Part shown: one piece after another, positions 41,151 to 50,525 of the stretch | Layout of the letters: every line of letters starts with the position of its first letter | Numbering within the stretch: the first letter of the stretch is position 1 | Assembly: GCA_043819795.1 (NCBI GenBank) | Contig: JBDREN010000126.1 | Span: 1 to 64,000 of the forward strand | Reading direction: 5' to 3' | Length of the DNA: 64,000 bases | Source of the DNA: Elusimicrobiota bacterium | Lineage (GTDB): Bacteria; Elusimicrobiota; Elusimicrobia; UBA1565 | Translations under genes and position numbers: made by a program | Notes under the pieces: generated by a model | The model's database searches: none | What the model was told of the DNA's origin: nothing | What the model saw: only the letters and a program-made list of their open reading frames with translations

Positions 41151-43439
41151 ATGGCCATGAACCGATTCGCCCTCTGCGCTGCCTTCCTCCTATCGCTGAT
41201 CCTCGGCGAAACGTCTTGCCCGGCCTATGCTGAAGGGGACAGCGAGGATGACTCGCTGCCTTATGAAACCAACACAAGCACGAGAGAGGAGCTTGAAGAT
41301 TCAGAAGAGGAACTCCCCGGTGATGCGGGCGATCAGCAGGACCAGGAGTGGTATCACCATTTGGAGTCCGAGAAAAGCACCCTTCCAGAACCCGATGAGA
41401 TTGTCGAAGTGAGCGAAGGACAGGTTGACAAAGTGGTCGCGGAAGTTGCCGAAGTCGGCCGCAAGCAAACCTCTGAATCAGACGCCACTCTGGATGAACT
41501 TGATGATTCGCTCTACGAACAGATGGACTTCCAGAAAGAAGCCTTGGGATTTCTCCAAGACACGAAGTCGGGGCCCGAACCTCACTTAATCGACCTGGCC
41601 CTTCAGGAAGATGTGTCTCTGACCGTAACGATCTTGAACGACGACAAGGCCGACCCGGAGCAAGCCGTTGAGATCGCCACAAAGATCAAGAAGAAGCATC
41701 CCGACAACCCGACGGGATTCAAGCTGGCCGCCATGGCGCGGGCCAAGCAGGGCGACAACGAGGCGGCGCTCTCGGAGATCCGCGCGGGCCTCGCGGTCGC
41801 CCCTGATGACGAGGGCCTCCAGGCGCTCGAAAAGCTCTTCACCAAAAAACTGCGCTCGCCGTTCACCGAGAAGTCCCTGAAGGACAAGGCCGAGTCCCTG
41901 CTTACCGGCCTTCAGGAAGACTCCGGCGGGCAGGAAGGCGAAGGCGCCGGGCGGCTCGAGTCCAGCGGCGGTCCGGAGGCCGCGGCCCTGCTCGCCTCGG
42001 CGAAACTTCCGCCGCAAACGCCTTCCTCGGCGTTCCGCCCCCAGCCCAAGGCGGCGCTGGAGAAGACGATCGTCAGCGCTATGCGTGTCGGGGACTTCCG
42101 CTCCGCCGAGCGCTACCTCTCCAAGAAGATCGCGCGCGATCCCCCGAACTGGCTCGCCCACCGCCTGCGCGCCACGGCCCGCTACGAGACCAAGGACTAC
42201 GAGGGCGCGGTCGAGGACGCCACGCGGGCCATCGAGCTCAACCCACGGGACGGCTGGTCCTACAAGTTCCGGGCCCTCGCCGGCATCGCTTTGGAGCGCT
42301 ACAACGACGCGGGCCGGGACATCGGTTCGGCCTTGTCGCTCGACCCTCGGGACGCTGACGCCTACCATACGCGCGCGGTCCTCTGGGAGCGCCTGGACCG
42401 CGTCGAGGAGCAGCTCGCCGATCTGAAGCGCGCCGCCGACCTGGACCCCGCTTTCAAGGACATCTACCGCCAGGCCCTGGCCCGGCACCGGAACCCGCCG
42501 GACAAGGCGGCTAGGACGGCCCTCGCCCTTTGGCTCCTGTACGGGGGAGCGGCGGCCCTGTGCCTGCTCTGCTTCGGCTTCGTCCTTCTGCGCAAGCGCG
42601 GACTGACCACGGCGCGGGAAAGAGCCGCGGAAGGGGAGGACGCCGAAGAGAGCGTCACCGGCTTCGATATCGTGCGCAAGCTGGGGCAAGGCGGCATGGG
42701 CGAGGTCTACGAGGCCGTGGACCGGGGGCTCGAGCGCCGCGTCGCCATCAAGAAGATGCGCGCGGAGATCGCGGGAGACCCCCGCGCGCGCAAGCGCTTC
42801 CTTAAGGAAGCCCGGACGGTGGCCGCCCTCAAGCACCCGAACATCATCGAGATCCACTCCATCATCGAGGAAGGGGGCGGGTTGTATCTCGTCTTCGAGC
42901 ACGTGCCCGGCGATCCCATGGACGAGGCCATCGCTCGAAGGCGCGCGCTGCCGCTGGGGGAAGCGGTCAACCTGACTCGGCAGGTGGGCCGGGCCCTCGA
43001 CTACGCGCATTCCCGGGGCGTCATCCATCAGGACCTCAAACCCGCCAACATCATGGTGAGCGACGGCACGGCCAAGGTCATGGACTTCGGCATCGCGCGG
43101 CGGGTGGCCGAGACCCTCTCGACGCTCAGCCGCGGCGAGGTCGCGGGCACTCCCGCCTACATGTCGCCCGAGCAGGAACGCGGCGGCTACCAGCCCGAGT
43201 CCGACGTCTACGCCCTGGGCGTCTGTTTCTACGAGATGCTGACCGGCCGGCCGCCGTTTACCGGCGTGGCGTCGCTCAACGCCAAGCTCCAGCGGGCGTA
43301 CGTGCCGCTCAGCCGCCTGGTGCCGGGCCTCCCTCCCGCGGTCGACGCGGTCCTGGACCAGGCGCTCGAGCCCGACGTTTCCAGACGCTTCCACACCGCG
43401 GCCGACTTCGTGGCCGCCCTCGAGAAAGCCGCGGCCTAG
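41151..43439 (+). CDS. Receptor-like Ser/Thr kinase (signal peptide, acidic segment, TPRs, TM, kinase)
   Basis: LGQGGMGEVY, VAIKK, HQDLKPAN, DFG, GTPAYMSPE; TM before the kinase domain. Confidence 0.9.
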   Translation: MAMNRFALCAAFLLSLILGETSCPAYAEGDSEDDSLPYETNTSTREELEDSEEELPGDAGDQQDQEWYHHLESEKSTLPEPDEIVEVSEGQVDKVVAEVAEVGRKQTSESDATLDELDDSLYEQMDFQKEALGFLQDTKSGPEPHLIDLALQEDVSLTVTILNDDKADPEQAVEIATKIKKKHPDNPTGFKLAAMARAKQGDNEAALSEIRAGLAVAPDDEGLQALEKLFTKKLRSPFTEKSLKDKAESLLTGLQEDSGGQEGEGAGRLESSGGPEAAALLASAKLPPQTPSSAFRPQPKAALEKTIVSAMRVGDFRSAERYLSKKIARDPPNWLAHRLRATARYETKDYEGAVEDATRAIELNPRDGWSYKFRALAGIALERYNDAGRDIGSALSLDPRDADAYHTRAVLWERLDRVEEQLADLKRAADLDPAFKDIYRQALARHRNPPDKAARTALALWLLYGGAAALCLLCFGFVLLRKRGLTTARERAAEGEDAEESVTGFDIVRKLGQGGMGEVYEAVDRGLERRVAIKKMRAEIAGDPRARKRFLKEARTVAALKHPNIIEIHSIIEEGGGLYLVFEHVPGDPMDEAIARRRALPLGEAVNLTRQVGRALDYAHSRGVIHQDLKPANIMVSDGTAKVMDFGIARRVAETLSTLSRGEVAGTPAYMSPEQERGGYQPESDVYALGVCFYEMLTGRPPFTGVASLNAKLQRAYVPLSRLVPGLPPAVDAVLDQALEPDVSRRFHTAADFVAALEKAAA

Positions 43440-43567
43440 ATCCTAGCGCGACCGCGTCCCTGCCGGCCGGACCCGGGACGGGCCCCGTCGCCCCCCGGGA
43501 CGCCCGGCTCGACTCGGCCGTCCGATATTTGGGACAATGCTCCCAAGACTTCCGAGGAGAGACGCGT

Positions 43568-44014
43568 ATGACCCCGCAGGCATCCATCGCCCGGAACAAG
43601 ATCAGTATCAAGAAGACCTTCGCGGCGGCGCGAGAGAAGCTCTTCTCCGCTTGGACCGATCCCGAGATCCTCAAGAAGTGGTTCGGGCCCTCGGACGAGT
43701 GGGTCGTCCGCGTGGAAGCCCTGCCCGTGCGCGCCGGCGGCCGCTTCACCATCGTCCTGGCCGAGAAGTCCGGGACCGAGCACGAGCTCACCGGGTTCTT
43801 CGATCAGGTCGCGGCCCCCGAGAAGCTCGTCTTCAGCTGGGCGTGGGAAGGCGACGAGTACTTCGGCGAGAACCGCGTCACCGTCGAGCTGCGCGAGGCC
43901 GGCGCCTCCACCGAGCTCGCCCTGACCCACGGCCTCTTCCCCGACAAGAAGCTCGTGGCGAGCCACGAGGAGGCGTGGAACCGCCGCCTCGAACGGCTCG
44001 CCAAGGCCCTTTGA
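43568..44014 (+). CDS. SRPBCC/AHSA1-family protein
   Basis: REKLFSAWTDPE.LKKWFGP; LVFSW.WE; HEEAW...LERL. Confidence 0.85.
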   Translation: MTPQASIARNKISIKKTFAAAREKLFSAWTDPEILKKWFGPSDEWVVRVEALPVRAGGRFTIVLAEKSGTEHELTGFFDQVAAPEKLVFSWAWEGDEYFGENRVTVELREAGASTELALTHGLFPDKKLVASHEEAWNRRLERLAKAL

Positions 44015-46692
44015 GGTTCGCGGCCCTCGCCGCGATCCTGATCATGGGGACCTTTCCTCTACGAGCCGCGCCGGCTCGGGAACGGGACTTGCCGCGGCGC
44101 CCGGCGGTCAAGGGCCTTTCGCGCGACGTCGCCCGCGCGCGCGCGCGGCGCGTGAGCGGCGTCCGCTACGCGCTTCTCTTCCGCTTGGACACGGAGGGAG
44201 ACGTCTTCTCGGGGCGCGCGACGATCCGGTTCGACCTCAAAGGCGCCGACCGCCCCCTCACGGTGGATTTCGCCAAAGGGACGATCGGCCCCGAGGGGCT
44301 GTCCGTCAACGGGAAGGCCGCGGCGCCGGAGTACAACGGCCTGTTCCTCACCCTGCCGCCCGGCTCGCTCCGGGAGGGCCCGAACGAGGTCGCGATCGCC
44401 TTCTCGCATCCCTACAGCGAGGCGGGGCCCGGGCTCTACCGGTTCCGCGCCCCCATTGACGGCAAGGTCTACGTCTACACGGACTTCGAGCCCTACGACG
44501 CCAACAACCTCTTCCCCTGCTTCGACCAGCCCGACATCAAGGCGACCTACGCTCTTACGGTCGAGGCCCCCGCCTACTGGCAGGTGATCAGCGCCGTGTC
44601 CGAGTCCGAGATCATGCCGGGCCCGGGCGGCCGCCGGGTCTGGACGTTCCCCGAAAGCCAGCGCTTCAGCACCTATCTTTTCTCGCTGCACGCCGGGCCG
44701 TACGTCGTCTGGAAGTCCTCGGCGGACGGCATCCCCCTGAGGCTTTTCGCCCGCCGGGCCATCGCCCGCCACGTCAACGTCGCCGAATGGATGACGATCA
44801 CCAAGCAGGGGCTCGCCTTCTACAACGAGTACTTCGACTATCCCTACCCGTTCGGCAAGTACGACCAGATCATCGTCCCGGATTTCGGCGGCGGCGCCAT
44901 GGAGAACGTGGCGGCGGTGACCTTCGGGGAGGACTACGTTCACCGCGGCAAGGCCACCTGGAAGGACCGCGTGCTGCGCGCGGACCTGATCCTCCACGAG
45001 ATGTCCCATATGTGGTTCGGCAACCTCGTCACCATGAAATGGTGGGACGATCTCTGGCTCAACGAGAGCTTCGCCACCTACCTCACCTACGTCGCGATGC
45101 GCGAGGCCACCGAGTTCAAGGACGCCTGGCAGTTCTTCCACCTCGACACCAAGCAGTGGGCCTATTGGGAGGACCAGCTGGTCACCACCCACCCGGTCGA
45201 GGCCGACGTCCCCGACACGCAGGAGGCCTTCGCGAACTTCGACGGCATCGCCTACGCGAAAGGGGCCTCGGTGCTCAAGCAGGCCGCCTACTACCTCGGG
45301 GGCGACCGGTTCCGCGACGGCGTGCGGAGGTATTTCAAGGAGCACGCCTACGGGAACGCCGACCGGACGGACTTCATCGCGGCGCTCGAGGAGGCCTCCG
45401 GCCGCAAGCTGGACTCCTGGACGCGGCAATGGCTGCGGACGGCGGGGGTGAACACCGTGCGGGCGGAGTTCTCCTGCCAAGACGGCGCCGTGTCCTCCTT
45501 CCGGCTGGCGCAGGAGGCTCCCGACGGGCATCCCACCCTCAGGGAGCACCGGACCAGGATCGCCTTCTTCAGCGGCCCGCCCGAAGGGCCCCTGCGAGCG
45601 CGCACGGTCCTGCCCGAGGTCGGCTACGCGGGCGCATCCACCCCGGTGCAGAGCCTCGTCGGGGAAAGCTGTCCGGTCATCGTCTACCCCAACCAGGAGG
45701 ACCACGACTACGTGAAGGTCCGGCTGGACCCGCGCTCGCTCTTGGCCGTCAAGGCCAGGCTCGCGGACGTGGAGGACGACCTCGACCGGGCGATGCTGTG
45801 GCTGACTTTGTGGAACATGGTGGAGGACGCCGAGCTGAGCGTGATCGAGTACTGCGACCTCGTCAACCGCCACCTGCCCCGCGAGCGGAGCTATCAGACG
45901 CTGGCCGCGGTGCTCAAGACCATCCACTTCAGCACCCCGGAGTTCTCCTCGGCCCTGATGTATCTGTCCGGCGACGGCCCGCCGTGGGAATCCCTCCGGG
46001 AGCGATACGTGGCTCGCTTCGAAGAGCTCCTCTGGGAGAAGCTCGAGAAGGCCGAGCCTGGAACGGACGAACAGACGCTATGGTTCGACAGCTTCGTCCG
46101 CGTGGCCGCGAGCGAGCCGGGCCTGCGGAGGATCGCGGAGATGCTGGACGGCGGGCTCGCCTTCCCCGGCCTGGAGATCGACCCGGACCGCCGATGGGGC
46201 ATCGTCCATCGGATCAACCGCCTGGGCGCGCCCGAAGCGAAGCGGCTCGTCGAGGCGGAGCTCGAGCGCGACGGGACCCGCAGAGGCCAGACCGCCGCCA
46301 TACGGGCCGAGGCCTGCCGGCCCGACTGGAACGCCAAGAAGAAATGGCTCGATATGATCGCCGCGGACGAGCCCGGACGGCCCTTCCCCGACCTCAAGGA
46401 AGCCATGGAGAGCGTCTTCCCCTACGGCCAGGACCGCTTCCGCCGCCGGTTCGCCGGGGATTTCTACGCGCGGCTCAAGGTCTTCGCCGGGACGAAGCCT
46501 AAGGAGTTCCTGCGGTCGTACGCGGAGAACCTCGTCCCCGCCGCATGCGATAAGGACGACGTCCGCGCGCTCGGGGCATTCATCGGGGAGAACCCGGACC
46601 TGCCCCCGGTCGTGCTGAAGGCTCTGCGCGTGGCCAAGCAGGAGGCCGAGCGCTGCCTTAAGGTCCGGGCCCTGGCGCGCGCGGGCCGATGA
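44011..46692 (+). CDS. pepN: Aminopeptidase N (M1), probably exported
   Basis: GAMEN, HEMSH.WFG, WLNESFA, FDGIAYAKG; TTG 44011 overlaps the SRPBCC stop and starts a signal-like peptide. Confidence 0.92.
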   Translation: MRFAALAAILIMGTFPLRAAPARERDLPRRPAVKGLSRDVARARARRVSGVRYALLFRLDTEGDVFSGRATIRFDLKGADRPLTVDFAKGTIGPEGLSVNGKAAAPEYNGLFLTLPPGSLREGPNEVAIAFSHPYSEAGPGLYRFRAPIDGKVYVYTDFEPYDANNLFPCFDQPDIKATYALTVEAPAYWQVISAVSESEIMPGPGGRRVWTFPESQRFSTYLFSLHAGPYVVWKSSADGIPLRLFARRAIARHVNVAEWMTITKQGLAFYNEYFDYPYPFGKYDQIIVPDFGGGAMENVAAVTFGEDYVHRGKATWKDRVLRADLILHEMSHMWFGNLVTMKWWDDLWLNESFATYLTYVAMREATEFKDAWQFFHLDTKQWAYWEDQLVTTHPVEADVPDTQEAFANFDGIAYAKGASVLKQAAYYLGGDRFRDGVRRYFKEHAYGNADRTDFIAALEEASGRKLDSWTRQWLRTAGVNTVRAEFSCQDGAVSSFRLAQEAPDGHPTLREHRTRIAFFSGPPEGPLRARTVLPEVGYAGASTPVQSLVGESCPVIVYPNQEDHDYVKVRLDPRSLLAVKARLADVEDDLDRAMLWLTLWNMVEDAELSVIEYCDLVNRHLPRERSYQTLAAVLKTIHFSTPEFSSALMYLSGDGPPWESLRERYVARFEELLWEKLEKAEPGTDEQTLWFDSFVRVAASEPGLRRIAEMLDGGLAFPGLEIDPDRRWGIVHRINRLGAPEAKRLVEAELERDGTRRGQTAAIRAEACRPDWNAKKKWLDMIAADEPGRPFPDLKEAMESVFPYGQDRFRRRFAGDFYARLKVFAGTKPKEFLRSYAENLVPAACDKDDVRALGAFIGENPDLPPVVLKALRVAKQEAERCLKVRALARAGR

Positions 46693-47135
46693 GCGGGCGG
46701 CGGACGTTCGTGATCGCCATGTCCGAGCGCCGCCACCGCTTCCGCCCGGACGAGCTCGCGCCGCACGCCCCGCGCAGACCCGGAGTCTACGAGCTGCTGG
46801 CCTGCGGCGACAAGACGGAGCCCGAGGTCCTCTACGTGGGGCTGGCCTTGCCGGGGCCGGGACAAGGCGGGACCATCTACGACGCGCTCGCCGCGCACCT
46901 CATGGGCGCCCGGCGCCCGAGGCGCGAGGACCTCCTCATCATCTCCCCGGAGATCTATTTCGACTACGTGCTCGACGCCGGCGACCTGTCGCCCGACGAC
47001 CACAAGGACATCGCCGGCGCGCTCATCGCCCGAAACCGCCCCCGGCTCAACCCGCCCGCCCCCCCGCCCTCATCCGGCAGGTACGAGGCGGTCGCGATCC
47101 GGGAGTCCGAGCCGCTCCAGGAGGAGACCCCATGA
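46689..47135 (+). CDS. GIY-YIG-like small protein, catalytic residues apparently degenerate
   Basis: AP..PGVYEL...LYVG...ALIARNRPRLN; ATGA-coupled on both sides. Confidence 0.5.
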   Translation: MSGRRTFVIAMSERRHRFRPDELAPHAPRRPGVYELLACGDKTEPEVLYVGLALPGPGQGGTIYDALAAHLMGARRPRREDLLIISPEIYFDYVLDAGDLSPDDHKDIAGALIARNRPRLNPPAPPPSSGRYEAVAIRESEPLQEETP

Positions 47136-47647
47136 CCAAGACGAGACTAGCGAAGACCGGAGCCCTGGCCGCGCTGCTGGCGGCGACCCTCCCGGCCGGA
47201 GCCTGGCCGCACTGCCAGGTGCCCTGCGGCATCTACGGCGATTACATGCGCTTCGACATGATCGCGGAGCACATCGCCACCCTCGAAAAGTCCATGAGAA
47301 CGATCGGCGGGCTCTCGGAGGAGACGGAGAAGAACCACAACCAGATCGTGCGCTGGGTGAACAACAAGGACCGGCACGCCGACGAGCTCAGCCACATCGT
47401 CACGTATTACTTCATGGCGCAGCGCGTCAAACCCGCCGGGGACTCCGACGCCAAGGCGCGCGCAGCCTATCTCAAGAAGCTCGAGCTCCTGCACGGCATG
47501 CTGGTCCGAGCCATGCAGGCCAAGCAGACGACCGATCTCGGGCACATCGAAGCCCTTCGCGGCCTGCTTGAGGATTTCCGCGAGGCCTACTTCGGCACGG
47601 ACGGGGAGAAGCACCTGAAGGAGCATCACGGAGGCGGCAAGCCCTGA
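47132..47647 (+). CDS. sodN: Nickel superoxide dismutase precursor with signal peptide
   Basis: Ni-hook HCQVPCGIY after a hydrophobic leader; NQIVRWV..K..HA; YFMAQRVKP. Confidence 0.9.
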   Translation: MTKTRLAKTGALAALLAATLPAGAWPHCQVPCGIYGDYMRFDMIAEHIATLEKSMRTIGGLSEETEKNHNQIVRWVNNKDRHADELSHIVTYYFMAQRVKPAGDSDAKARAAYLKKLELLHGMLVRAMQAKQTTDLGHIEALRGLLEDFREAYFGTDGEKHLKEHHGGGKP

Positions 47648-47688
47648 CCGCCGCGGCCCGCGGCCGCTCCCACGGAGGCACGCAGATC

Positions 47689-48489
47689 ATGACATCGGCA
47701 CAAGACTATTTCCCCCGCCTGGCCGAGTTCCCGCACGCGGAGCTCTTCGCCGGGACCCGGCACGTGTGGGAGGTCCTTCCGCGGCTGCAGGGATACGTGC
47801 GTGAAAAGGCGCTGGACCCGGGCGCCCCGGAGGCGGACGCCGAGGACCTGCGCGGGCTCCGGGTCGAGGATGGCATGATCTCCAGCGAGGGCCTTTTCAC
47901 GGCCAAGAGGCGGTTCCGGATCGGCCGCGCGGAGCTCCTTATCGAGGCCGGGGCGCGCATGGAGCCCGGGGTGGTGATCTTCGGGCCCGCGGTCCTGTGC
48001 GAGAAAGCGGACTTCCGTCCGGGGGCCTACCTGCGCGGAGGCTGCCTGATCGGGCCCGGCGCCGTGGTCGGGCACGCCACCGAGGTCAAGAACTCCGTGT
48101 TCCTCAACCGCGCGGTGGCGGGACACTTCGCCTACGTGGGAGACAGCCTCCTCGGGATGGGCTCCAACCTCGGAGCCGGGACGAAGCTCGCCAACCTCCA
48201 GCTCCGCACCGAGGAGGAGAAGCGCTCGCGCTCCGGGCGGAACATCCTCATCCGGGTCGGGAGAGAGACCGTGGACACCGGCCTGCGCAAATTCGGAGCG
48301 GTCGTGGGCGATGACGTGGAGATCGGCTGCAACACGGTCACCTCGCCGGGCACGCTGCTCGGCCCCGGCTGCTGGGTCGTCCCGAACACGACCGTGCCCA
48401 AGGGGGTCCATCCGCCGGCCCATCTCATCCTGACGCCCTCCCGCAGACCGGTCGCCAAGCCGCGCCGACGCCCCTCGGTCTCCCCGTAA
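47689..48489 (+). CDS. Hexapeptide-repeat acetyltransferase (GlmU C-terminal-like)
   Basis: GHATEVKNS, HFAYVGDS.LG...NLGAGT, RKFGA.VGD.VEIGCN.V..PGT. Confidence 0.85.
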   Translation: MTSAQDYFPRLAEFPHAELFAGTRHVWEVLPRLQGYVREKALDPGAPEADAEDLRGLRVEDGMISSEGLFTAKRRFRIGRAELLIEAGARMEPGVVIFGPAVLCEKADFRPGAYLRGGCLIGPGAVVGHATEVKNSVFLNRAVAGHFAYVGDSLLGMGSNLGAGTKLANLQLRTEEEKRSRSGRNILIRVGRETVDTGLRKFGAVVGDDVEIGCNTVTSPGTLLGPGCWVVPNTTVPKGVHPPAHLILTPSRRPVAKPRRRPSVSP

Positions 48490-48775
48490 GGGCCCCCGAG
48501 CCCCCTGTAACGCCCGCCCCCGCAAGGCCGCTCGCATGGAGGCCCGAGGACCGGCACAAAAAAGTCCTGATGGGAGCCGCCTTGACGTCTCACACCCCAT
48601 ATATTCACATAATGCGCCGCCGCAACTGTTGCGGCGGATTTAAGCCTTCGTTGAACTGGATTCTAGGCCGGTCCGTTATGCTGGCATATATCGGGAAGCA
48701 TGCCTGTCCTCAAGGAGGAATGGTGCCTATCGCGAGTCTGAGGGGGGCCGCGCCCCGGAGAGGGAGAGCCCCAGA

Positions 48776-49660
48776 GTGAGTGCGATGAAGCCGACGGCGA
48801 GTTCAAGGCCGGCTGAAGCCGGGCGGACGGGTGCGTCCGCGTTCGTGGGCGTGGGGCTCCGCCCGCCCCACTACTCGCGTCTTTTGAAGCGCACCTCGAG
48901 CACCGTCCAATGGTTCGAGGCGCTCTCCGAGAACTTCATGGACACCCGGGGCCGGCCGCTCCAGGCCCTGGAGTCCGCGCGAAAGGACTACCCGATCGCC
49001 CTGCACGGCATCTCGATGTCGGTGGGCTCCGCGGAGGGGATCCGGCCGGGCTATCTCAAGCGGCTGAAGGCCCTGGCCGACCGGATCGACCCCTTCTTGG
49101 TCTCGGACCATCTCTGCTGGACCGGGCCGCATGCCTCCAACACCCGCGACCTGCTGCCGCTCCCCCAAACGGAGGAGGCGGTGAGGTCCGTGGTCCGGGA
49201 GGTCGAGCGCGCCCATACGGAGCTCGGCCGGCGGATCGCCCTTGAGAACGTGTCGAGCTACCTCTCCTTCAAGGGAGCCGAGATGAAGGAATGGGAGTTC
49301 CTCGTCGAGGTGGCGAAGCGCTCGGGTTGCGGGATCTTGCTCGACATCAACAACGTCTATGTAAACTCGGTCAACCACGGTTTCGACCCGCAGGAGTACC
49401 TGGACGGCGTCCCGACGGACCTCGTCGCGCAGATACACCTGGCCGGCCATACGGACATGGGGACGCACCTGTTCGACACCCACAGCGCCCCGGTGGCGGA
49501 CGTCGTCTGGGACCTCTACGCCCGGACGGCGCGCCGGCTCGCCGCCGTGCCCGTGCTCATCGAATGGGACGACGACATCCCCGAGTTCGCGGAGCTCGAG
49601 CGCCAAGCGGAGGCGGCGAGGCGCGTGTGGGAAAAAGCGAATGAGAAGATCTCTGCTTGA
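48776..49660 (+). CDS. DUF692 multinuclear non-heme iron oxidative enzyme (MNIO)
   Basis: GVGLR.PH, ENFM, LHG.S.S.GS, SDHLCWT, DLLPLP, LENVSSY, LLDINN, QIHLAGH, DTH, IEWDDDIP. Confidence 0.93.
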   Translation: MSAMKPTASSRPAEAGRTGASAFVGVGLRPPHYSRLLKRTSSTVQWFEALSENFMDTRGRPLQALESARKDYPIALHGISMSVGSAEGIRPGYLKRLKALADRIDPFLVSDHLCWTGPHASNTRDLLPLPQTEEAVRSVVREVERAHTELGRRIALENVSSYLSFKGAEMKEWEFLVEVAKRSGCGILLDINNVYVNSVNHGFDPQEYLDGVPTDLVAQIHLAGHTDMGTHLFDTHSAPVADVVWDLYARTARRLAAVPVLIEWDDDIPEFAELERQAEAARRVWEKANEKISA

Positions 49661-50432
49661 GCTCCAGCGGGACTTCGCGGCCTCTCTCCGGAAGCCGGAG
49701 CCCCGCGCCTCGACGCTCGAGGCGATCGTCCCCGGCGGACGGCTCTCGCCGGAGCAGGCTCTCGGGGTATACCGCAGCAGCTATGTGGCCCAGCTGACCG
49801 AAGCCCTCGGCGAGACCTTCGAAGGGGTCTGGCGCGTCCTGGGCGACGAGGACTTCTTCCGCGTCTCCCGGGAATACGTCGCGGGCCATCCGTCGAAGTC
49901 CCCGAACCTCTCGGACTACGGCTTCGACTTCCCGGCCTATCTCGCCCGACAGCGCGACTTCGACGATCTGCCGTTCCTGCGAGAGCTCGGCGAGTTCGAG
50001 TGGGATTTCAAGGAGCTCTTCCACCAGGAAACGCCGAAAGAGCCGGGGCCCGACAGATTCGCCGCGGCCGAGCGAAGCGGGGATATCCGGCTCGTATTCT
50101 CTCCCGCGACGCGGCTCAGGCGTCACCGCTACGGGACCTACGCGGTCTGGACGCATGGGCGCGAAGGAGGTGAGTGGCCCGTCCCCTGGAACGGCGAGGA
50201 AAGGCTCCTTCTCTACCGGAAGGAAGAAAACGTCCTCGTCGCGCGCCTCGACGAGATCGAGTATGATCTCATCTCCCGGGTGCGCTCGGGCCAGCCCCTG
50301 TCGCGGGCCCTCGACGCGGTCGCGCGCCGGCGCCGGCGCCTCGAACCCGAGTGGGTCGGCGCCCTGTTCTCCATGCTCCGGCGCCTCAGGATCGTCCTGG
50401 GCGTCCTTCCGGTCCGGCCGCCGGCCCGATAA
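49641..50432 (+). CDS. DUF2063 MNIO partner protein
   Basis: L.ELQRDFA..L; LGVYR..Y...L.EAL.ETF; HPS.SPNL.DYG.DFP.YL; EL..FEW; overlaps DUF692. Confidence 0.88.
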   Translation: MRRSLLELQRDFAASLRKPEPRASTLEAIVPGGRLSPEQALGVYRSSYVAQLTEALGETFEGVWRVLGDEDFFRVSREYVAGHPSKSPNLSDYGFDFPAYLARQRDFDDLPFLRELGEFEWDFKELFHQETPKEPGPDRFAAAERSGDIRLVFSPATRLRRHRYGTYAVWTHGREGGEWPVPWNGEERLLLYRKEENVLVARLDEIEYDLISRVRSGQPLSRALDAVARRRRRLEPEWVGALFSMLRRLRIVLGVLPVRPPAR

Positions 50433-50525
50433 GACGCCCCGCGCGTCACTTGCCCTGACGCTCCGCCAGGAGGTAGCATATAGACGCCGGGCCCCGTCCC
50501 GCCCGGATCGAGCCCAAGGACCGCG

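Noticed and set aside
43537..44010. N-terminal extensions of PepN (and similar ones on FtcD, the DHH protein and the 9511 thioredoxin)
   Set aside because: They overlap other genes or intergenic DNA; downstream starts with coupling or an RBS fit better.
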